NCBI GenBank assembly: GCA_951406725.2
Contig: OX597832.1
Coordinates: forward strand, 53,568,001-53,632,000
DNA from: Octopus vulgaris
Lineage: Eukaryota
Direction: 5' to 3'
DNA: 64,000 bases
Position numbers and translations under genes: made by a program. The notes under the pieces were generated by a model. That model was not told the DNA's origin. It was given only the letters and a program-made list of their open reading frames with translations, and did no database searches. Of the stretch, positions 55,162 to 64,000 are shown piece by piece; the stretch's first letter is position 1; the number at the start of each line of letters is the position of its first letter.

Positions 55162-57540
55162 GTAAGTCCACCATTTGATATTAACGAGAGCCTTGAATTA
55201 ATGACTGCAGCAATACAAGTCAACTGCTTCTGTCCCTCTGTCTTTCGTATTGGTCTGTACTATAACCAACTTTTGTTGAGGTGGTGGTGGTGGGGGGTCT
55301 TGTGGGTACTTGGTGACCTCACTCATGCTGGTAAAACCCACCCAGTACATTCTGTGAAGGGCATCCAGGTGTAGAAAACATGCTAAATCTGACATTGGAA
55401 TTTGGTGCAACCATCTGACCCTTTCGTTTATATTGCCAGTGACACGTAAAAAGCAACATCCGATCGTGGCCGTTGCCAGCCTCGCCTGGCCTCCGTGCCG
55501 GTGGCATGTAAAAAGCACCATCCAATCGTGGCCGTTGCCAGCCTCCGTGCCGGTGGCACGTAAAAAGCACCATCCGATCGTGGCCGTTTGCCAGCCTTGT
55601 CTGGCACCTGTGCCGGTGGCATGTAAAAAGCACCCACTACATTCATGGAGTGGTTGGCGTTAGGAAGGGCATCCAGCCGTAGAAACATTGCCAGATCAGA
55701 CTGGGCCTGGTGCAGCTTTCTGGCTTCCCAGACCCCAGTTGAACCGTCCAACCCATGCCAGCATGGAAAGTGGACGCTAAACGATGATGATGATGATGAA
55801 CCATCCAATCCATACCAGTGTGGAAAACGAAATGTTAATAATGGTGATGGTGATGGAACATTTCAAAAAATCAATTATATAATAATCATCATCATCATCA
55901 TCATTTAGCATCCGTTTTCCATGAGTTCGAAGGTTTGACAGGAGCTGGCAAGCCAGAGAGCTGAATCAGGCTCCATGTCTGTTTTGGCATGGCTTCTATG
56001 GCTGTATGCCCTTCCTAATATGTGTTTTTACACAGCAGTGGCACAGGTATGTTTACATGGCACCAGCAGGGGTGCTTTTTATGTGGCACCAGCATCCGCA
56101 AGCCCACAAGATTAGGATCACTCAGGGATGTAGGGGACAAGCCTGTTTGCAAGGACAGCCACGATTTTACTTAGCGTGATGTGTTTTCTCAAGCACAGCA
56201 AATCACCAGGAGTCTCAGCCCCTTTTCATCCCATCTGTGAGGCCCATTTACAATTTCGCACAACCATTAACCAGAATCTTTTACTGAAGGTTGTTGTTCC
56301 TACAGAAAATATAAATGGTTAGCAAATATACTGTATTTTAATGTATATAAGGAACCCCTAATTTTGGGGGCTTAAAATTTGGAAAAAAGTTTTTGTAAGG
56401 GATTATCCATGTCTAAGACACATCCATATTTTTTTAACCTAATTTTTAGCAAAAAAAAAAAAAGGTTCGTTATAGACGTTAAAATACAGTTTTTATGAAG
56501 TTTGTGCTTCTTCATCTTGGCATCACATGATTATTGTAAATGAATGTTATTTATTTCCAATATTCTGCAAAAACAAGTCTGGAAATAGGTGAGGGTTGGC
56601 AACAGGAGGGGCATACAGATTCCATAGGGAATCTGCTTCGATTATCTCCATCCGACCAATGCAAGCATGGAAAAGTGGATGTTAAAATGGTGGTCGTAGT
56701 GGTGGTGATGATGATAGAAGTTATAACCACTGCTTGTCTAACGAGGTACTCCTGATAAACTAAAGCAGAGCCAATTAAGTATTAACCCTTTAGCATTCAG
56801 ATTACTTTGTCAAATGTAATCCTTAATTATTCACATTGTTTTGAGTTAATCATGCAGTATGTCATAGCTTTGAGGTTTCAATGATGTGATTGTTTATTTT
56901 TAGAATGACATTGCAGGGTAAGTGTAAGAGACCAGATCTGGCTTGCTCGAACATATAATAGGTATTTGGACTGGATATGGCCGGTTTAAATGCTAACAGG
57001 TTAATATTGATAATACAGAATTATAAAACTTGCAGTGTGAAAGAGTTTTATAGTTGTTCAGGTTTAGCAATGGAGCTTAGGTGTTTCACTCATAAACACA
57101 CACATCACCCAGTCTGAGATTCGAACCCGCGATCCCTCGACCGTGAATCTGCTGCTCTAAACACTAGACCCTGTGTCTCCATATATCATCGTCATCATCA
57201 TCGTTTAACGTCCGTTTTCCACGCTAGCACGGGTTGGACGGTTCGACCGGGGTCTGGGGAGCCAGGGGCTGCTCCAGGCTGATCTGGCAGTGTTTCTACA
57301 GCTGGATGCCCTTCCTAACGCCAACCACTCCGCGAGTGTAGTGGGTGCTTTTTACGTGCCACCTGCACAGGTGCCAGAGGGGTTTGGCATTGGCCACGAT
57401 CAGTTGGTGCCATATATATTCACATAAATGTAAAAGGCTTCTTTTTGTTTTGGTTGTTATGTATTAAATGTCTTTGTTTTGTAAATTATTTTGAATATGA
57501 AACAAAATTCTTCATTATTTATTTTTATCTTGTCCATCAG

Positions 57541-57693
57541 ATATGGAACTATATCGGCAATACACATTAGTGCTACCATCAATGCAAGCTGAGGATCAGG
57601 ATATGGCTTCAGACCAAGGCCATTTTCTATATCTCATGATAAAGATATACGAACAGGGAGCATTAACGTCCTGGATCAATACGCTAAAAAGTG
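57541..57693 (+). CDS. CYB5R4: CYB5R4 coding exon 10 (FAD-binding RxYT motif)
   Basis: DMELYRQYTLV...HFLYLMIKIYEQGALTSWINTLKS; phase 1 to 1. Confidence 0.92.
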
Positions 57694-57906
57694 GTCTGTT
57701 GGTTTTTGAGTTTCAAAACAAAAGTTCTTAGACATTTACGCAAGATTCAAGCAAGAAACAAAGAAATCATTCTTTTCCATTCTAACATAAGTTACATATA
57801 TTAACAGGCATCATTCTTTCCCTCCTTCTCTCTCTCGCTCTCTCTTTCTTTCTCTCTCTCTTTCTTTCTCTCTCTCTTTCTCTTTCTCTTTCTTTCTTTC
57901 TCTCTT

Positions 57907-57939
<33 letters not shown>

Positions 57940-57948
57940 TTCTTTCTT

Positions 57949-57983
<35 letters not shown>

Positions 57984-58599
57984 CACACACATGGGCATCT
58001 TTAGATGACTTCTTAAACTCTTTTATTTTCTTAACATTGTTATAGGCGCAAGCATGGCTGTGTGGTAAGAAGCATGTCTCCCAACCACACAGTTCCAGGT
58101 TCAATCCCTCAGTGTGGCACTTTGGGCAGGTGTCTCCTTCTATAGCCTCAAGCCGAGCAAAGTCCTGTGAGTGGATTTGGTAGATAGAAACTGAAAGATG
58201 ACGGTCGTGTGTGTGTGTCTTTATACCTATTTCTTTACTACCCACAAGGGGCTAAACACAGAGGGGACAAACAAGGACAGACGAACGGATTAAGTCGATT
58301 ACATCGACCCTAGTGCGTAACTGGTACTTATTTAATCGACCCCGAAAGGATGAAAAGCAAAGTCGACCTCGGCGGAATTTGAACTCTGAACGTAGCGACA
58401 AACGAAATACGGCTACGCATTTCGCCCGGCGTGCTAACGATTCTGCCAGTTCGCAGCTCATGTGTCTTTATACCTGTGTTAACTTGTGTAGGTTGAACTA
58501 TGTAAAATGTTACAGAAAAAATCTCTCATGCAATACAGCCTCAGGCTGACCAAAGCCTTGTGAGTGGATTTGGTAGACGGAAACTGAAAGAAGCCCGTC

Positions 58600-58661
<62 letters not shown>

Positions 58662-58781
58662 GATCAAAATAAAAACATGATGAATCCTTGGCATCATGTT
58701 TTTATTTTGATCAATTTACTCCACCACCTACACCACCAAACGGTATACACAGGTGCTTATAATTATCAAGTACTCACCCCG

Positions 58782-58816
<35 letters not shown>

Positions 58817-59264
58817 TGTGTGTTTGTGTGTCTGTGTTTGTCCCCCTAGCATTGCTTGACAACCGATGCTGGTGTGTTTATGTCCCCGTTACTTAGCGGT
58901 TCGGCAAAAGAGACCGATAGAATAAGTACTGGGGTTACAAAAGAATAAGTCCCGGGGTCGAGTTGCTCGATTAAAGGCGGTGCTCCAGGTGAAACAAGTA
59001 AAAGAGTAAAAGAGAGTATACCAATACATACATCTAAAACAAAATTTATTCAGGGGCCCTTAAAATACTATTGTCGATCCCCAATTTACTATCTTGTTGC
59101 ATGAACCCCCAAAAATCTTATATGGCCCCTGGTTGAGAACCATTGATCTAGACCAAGGCTGTGGCTATAATGATGTAGTGGTGGTGGTGTCAGTTTTAGT
59201 AGTACTGGTAGCTGTAGTAGTAGCAGCAGTGATGGTAATAGTGTTGTTGTTGGTGGTTGCTGTT

Positions 59265-59630
59265 GCTGTTGAGCGTTGCGGTCTTCGTCCTAGTGGGAGA
59301 AGTCCGAAACGTGGTCCTTTGCTATTCGTAAGACCCGCAGAAGAGAACGCAGGTCAACCCCCGACACCGAGAGCATCGACGGATGGATGAATGCGCATCC
59401 AAGCTCAGCGGTTGCGTAGGAAGTTGGGGACAAGAAACAGGAAGAAAGAGTGAGAGAAAGTTGGAGTGAAAGAGTACGACAGGGGTCGACCCCCCCCCCC
59501 CGCCGGAGCCTCGTGGAGCTTTAGGTGTTTTCGCTCAATAAACACACATGACGCCCTGTCTGGGAATCGAAACCGCGATCCTCCGACCGCGAGTCCGCTG
59601 CCCTAACCATTGGGCCATTGCACCTCCACT
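59265..59630 (-). mobile_element. tRNA-derived SINE (third family)
   Basis: Minus-strand head tggcccaatggttagggcagcggactcgcggtcggaggatcgcggtttcgattccc with A and B boxes; (CAA)-type tail. Confidence 0.75.
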
Positions 59631-59858
59631 GTTGTTGGTGGTGATGGTAGTGGTGTCATATACTACAAGCTTTCATTGCCCTTAAAGAGGGTTAGTCAAG
59701 CTGAGATTACGGCAAAAGGCGCTCTTGCTCATGGTTCCATTCAGTGGGATTGCACCTGGAATTGCATGGTTGCAAAGCAAACTTGCATGATGCATGGTGT
59801 GCAGCTATGCAATGCCATGCTGATGAATTTGATTTAGTGGGGGAACTTTAAGGGGAAT

Positions 59859-60200
59859 CAATTGCAGCGTGGAAGGTGTTTGTAAGCCATTTAAGAAACA
59901 CACAAAAGCTGTTCGATTCACTTCAACATTTAAGTTTAATTTGTCAAAATATTTTTGGCGCTAAAATTCGCAACCTGTTCACTGACAAAAATCCGTGCTG
60001 CATCTCAGTGAACAGGTCACGGATTTTAGCAATGAAAATATTTTGACAAATTAAACTTAAATGTTGAAGTGAATCAAACAGCTTTTGTGTGTTTCTTAAA
60101 TGGCTTACAAACACCTTCCACGCTGCAATTGTTTTCGTTCCAGCACACGATCTCAGATCAAATCACTTGCTATGCGAGTACATCTCCGTAATTCCGAAAG
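59859..60200. mobile_element. Second copy of the palindromic GUGAACA-hammerhead element, with a 12-bp TSD
   Basis: Homologous to 15920-16263 in opposite orientation; flanked by direct repeats tttaaggggaat (59847-59858 and 60201-60212). Confidence 0.75.
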
Positions 60201-61382
60201 TTTAAGGGGAATGTCCAACAGAAAGCTTCTACTAAACAAATAAACCCAATGTAAATGACCTGTGTTGAAACTGGATCTTCATGGTTTTCTTCACCATTTA
60301 CAAATTTGGTTCCAATTGTCTTCAAATTTGGTTCATGGATTAAGTTTTGTATACTAATTATGAAAAAGAAATTCATTTTTCCTATAAATTAAAAAAATTA
60401 TTAGGTTTTAAATTTTTCAGAATTTGGGTATTTTAGCCAATCAGAAGTGAGTATTTTATATGCCACCGTGGCAAAAATTTCTATTTCCATAGTAACCAAA
60501 GCAAAGAAGCACCACGTGTTGCATAGCTGATTGCGAAGAACTGTTTCCATAGTAACCAAAGATGCTGTGCATGTCCACAAGGAGGAGAAGGGGATACAAG
60601 AAAGATAATTTATTTTATAAAATCCTAGTTTAATGTTTTGACATGCCTGTGCGGCTCCGCTCCCCCCAGTGATTGAAGAGATAGCAAACGTGCTGTTTTC
60701 TGATTGGCTGAAAATTCTGAAATTTATCAAACTTTGAATACCTACTCTTTTTTTACTCTTTTACTCTTTTCAGTCATTTGACTGTGGCCATGCTGGAGCA
60801 CCACCTTTAGTCGAGCAAATCGACCCCAGTAATTATTCTTTGTAAGCCTAGTACTTATTCTATCGGTCTCTTTTGCCGAACCACTAAGTTACGGGGACGT
60901 AAACACACCAGCATCGGTTGTCAAGCGATGCTGGGTGGGGGTGGGGGTGGGGGACAAACACAGACACACAACAAACATATACACACACGTACATATATAT
61001 GATGGGCTTCTTTCAGTTTCCATCTGCCAAATCCACTTTGGTTGGCCCAAGGCTATAGTAGAAAACACTTGCTTAATGTGCCACGCAGTGGGACTGAACC
61101 CGGAACCATGTGGTTGGTAAGCAAACTACTTACCACACAGCCACTCCTACGCCTGTAACATTTTCGCAAAATTTTTCTAGAATAAATGAATAACAAATTC
61201 AGATTCGGTGTCAATAATTACATGTATATAATACATCAAGAACATTTTTTTAAAGATAATTGTAAACAGTGGCAAAAACCACAAAAATCCTTGAAGTCTT
61301 GTTCAGTGTAAGGGAGTTTGTCAAGTGAATAAGACTTGAAATTATTTTGTATTTTTGATTCCCTATATTCTTTATTTTCTAG

Positions 61383-61536
61383 GTAGCTCCATTAAATTAA
61401 GTTTGTTTGAAGGAAATTTTGATGAAACAAGACTCGAGAAGTGCAGTCATTTAATCCTGTTTGCTGCAGGAACTGGTATAACACCAATGATCAGGCTTAT
61501 CTATTATGCCTTAAATGATCCAAAGAAAAATATCAG
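61383..61536 (+). CDS. CYB5R4: CYB5R4 coding exon 11 (NAD(P)H-binding; gene continues beyond the window)
   Basis: FEGNF...LILFAAGTGITPMIRLIYYAL matches the FNR-family AGTGxTP motif; phase 1 to 2. Confidence 0.94.
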
Positions 61537-61808
61537 GTAAAATCCATCTTCCAAGTTTAATGTTCAACTGAATCATTTACTGACATTTAAAATAAGCACA
61601 GGTATTGCTGTAAAGTAAGAAGTTTGCTTCCCAAGTACAAGGTTTCTAGTTCAGTCCCACTGCATGACACCTTGGGCACATGTCTTCTTCTATAGCTCCG
61701 GGTCTTCTTCTATAGCCTTGTCAGTGAATTTGCAAGATGGAAGTAGTGTCGAAACTTGTTCATCATCACCATCATCATCATGTCCCTTTTTCCATACTGG
61801 CATGGGTT

Positions 61809-62120
61809 CGATAGTGGAGGCACATGGCCTAGTGGTTAAAGCAGCGGATTCGCGGTCGAAGGATCACGGGTTCGAATCTCAGACCGGGTGATGTGTGTGT
61901 TTATGAGCGAAACACCTAAGCTCCACGTGGCTCTGGCAGAAGGTAATGGCAAACTTCTGCTGACTCTTTCACCACAACTTTCTCTCACTCTTTCCTCCTG
62001 TGTCTTGCAGCTCACCTGCGACAGACCGGCGTCCCGTCCAGGTGGGGAACCTATACGCCAAGGAAACCGGGAAACCGGCCCTTATGAGCCAGGCATGGCT
62101 CAAGAAGGAACAAACAACAA
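61809..62120 (+). mobile_element. tRNA-derived SINE with an 8-bp TSD, nested in an older repeat
   Basis: A box tggcctagtgg, B box ggttcgaatc, (CAA)n tail; TSD catgggtt at 61801-61808 and 62121-62128. Confidence 0.85.
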
Positions 62121-63218
62121 CATGGGTTGGATGGCTCGGCATGACTTGACAAGCCAGAGAGCTGTGTTGAACTTTAATGTCTATTTTGGCATAGCTTCTA
62201 CTGCTGGATGCCTTTCCTAACACCGACCACTTCACAGAGTATAATGGACATTGTTTTTGTTTTTTTGTGGCACCAGCACTGGTGAAAACACTAAGTACCT
62301 GCTGTGGTGTATGAGAGAGATTCGAAATAAGGACACCTACCTTCTCTTCGCTCAGATGGAGACCTCTTAGTGGTAATGGACCCTTCAACGCAGCCCAACC
62401 CAAACACTAGAAATAGCAGCTGCTTCTCCCCTACCTTAACAACGTGTTCACGCGTCTGACTCCCTCAGCTACCTCAATCCAAAAGGCCCCAATGTTCGCT
62501 GCCTGCGTGCGCGTCACTCCTGACCCTTCCTCTTCTGGTCAGCTCCCCAGCTGCTGACCTCATCCCACACCTGCAACACAAAATCCATCAACTGTGTGGA
62601 ATATGGTATTGAGAGATATGCAAGTTTTATAGGGCAGGAGCTGTCTTGCTGCAGAGGTGAATACATGGCTTGCCCATCTGAGAAGAGCAAAAGAGATGTG
62701 AAGTCGAGGTACATGATGAATATAAGCACACACACACACATATGTGTGTGTGTGTGTGTGTGTATAGGCAATTATGCAGATAAATTAGGTATAACAGCTT
62801 GGGTTTGATATACAAAATATGTATATATGTATACATGTAAACAGGAAGAAAGCAAAGACTGAAGATTTCCAGATAATATTTAAGTATGAGTCACCATAAT
62901 ATCTGCCTGCATAATATATCCCTCCAAACTCACATCAATATATATATATATATATATATATATAGGTGTGTGTATTAAAAAAAAATGGATTTTTTTTTGT
63001 GGCCGTTGCCAGTACCACCTGACTGGCCCTCATGCCGGTGGCACATAAAAGCACCCACCACACTCTCGGAGTGGTTGGCGTTAGGAAGGGCATCCAGCTG
63101 TAGAAATTCTGCCAGATCAAGATTGGAGCCTGGTGCAGCCATCTGGTTCGTCAGCCCTCAGTCAAATCGTCCAACCCATGCTAGCATGGAAAGCGGACGT
63201 TAAACGATGATGATGATA

Positions 63219-63956
63219 AGGAATGGCCTTATGAGTTTGGGAAGGATCTTTGATCCTTTTTTTTTTTATACTATATCATATTCAAACTAAAGGGTTATTC
63301 AAAAAGAATGAACCAATTTCATTACACAATATTTAATAAGGAAGAGCGATGATGATGATATAGATATTTATATATTAATAGATCAAACTTACACAGAGTC
63401 CAAACGACTGAGAACATTAAAGGGTAGGGGGTAAGGTGTTACATGTGCAACAGTTGTTTCGGGGGGAGGGGGCTTGGATATTTATCATAATGTGGATACC
63501 CCAAAGTATGCAGCCAGTAGTGGAAGGAAATAAGCATTGGATAAATCAAGCCTCTGACTTCAGGGTAGAAAAAAAAATCTTACATTTCAGATGATGATGC
63601 AGAGAAGTCTAAAGATGGAATGTTTAAAGATTCCACTTTTAAACCTAGACTTTTTATTGTCACGACATAAAAAAAAAGATTGTGGCCTTCAACCAGGAGA
63701 TGCATTGTGTTCTTGAGCAAAACACTTCATTTCACATTGCCTCAGTCCACTAGGCTGGCAAAAACAGGCAATCCTATGGCAGATCAGCATCCCCTCCACC
63801 TGGGAAATATACACCACAGAATCCAGGAATAGCCTTATGAGCTTGGGAAGGATCTTTGATCCCTTTTTTTTTAATACTATATCATATTCAAACTACAGGG
63901 TTATTCAAAAAGAATGAACCGATTTCATTACACAATATTTAATAAGGAAAAGCAAT
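63219..63956. repeat. Local direct duplication of ~130 bp (63219-63350 and 63825-63956)
   Basis: Both read gccttatgag.ttgggaaggatctttgatcc...agggttattcaaaaagaatgaacc.atttcattacacaatatttaataagga. Confidence 0.8.
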
Positions 63957-64000
63957 AGAAAACTCCAGCTAAGTCACAAGTATTTACTCATAATCAACTT

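Noticed and set aside
61815-61890. tRNA gene
   Set aside because: The tRNA-like head runs into a SINE body with tail and TSD; no proper acceptor stem or poly-T terminator.

Overview
AT-rich, repeat-dense eukaryotic DNA, probably from an octopus or other coleoid cephalopod (inferred from the SINE families and (TA)n load). Genes: (1) the last two exons of a GT7-family beta-1,4-galactosyl/GalNAc-transferase (+; 362-457, 14935-15325). Its 14.5-kb last intron holds a deleted mariner and an ~11.7-kb 139/141-bp satellite amplified inside an inverted-repeat element. (2) Eleven phase-consistent coding exons of cytochrome b5 reductase 4 (CYB5R4/NCB5OR; +; 36977-61536, continuing past the window). (3) A ~2.4-kb inverted, head-to-head duplicate of the first CYB5R4 coding exon region (-; ~22545-24982). 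The rest is mariners, RTE and CR1-type LINE fragments, hAT MITEs, many tRNA-derived SINEs and microsatellites. The most interesting signal is a set of type I hammerhead-ribozyme motifs in Penelope-like/retrozyme-like repeats. One is a near-perfect 559-bp tandem array with an intact-looking hammerhead in each full unit. Another is a palindromic family whose core reads GUGAACA, a compensatory G3:C8 swap. All folds and alignments were done by eye.
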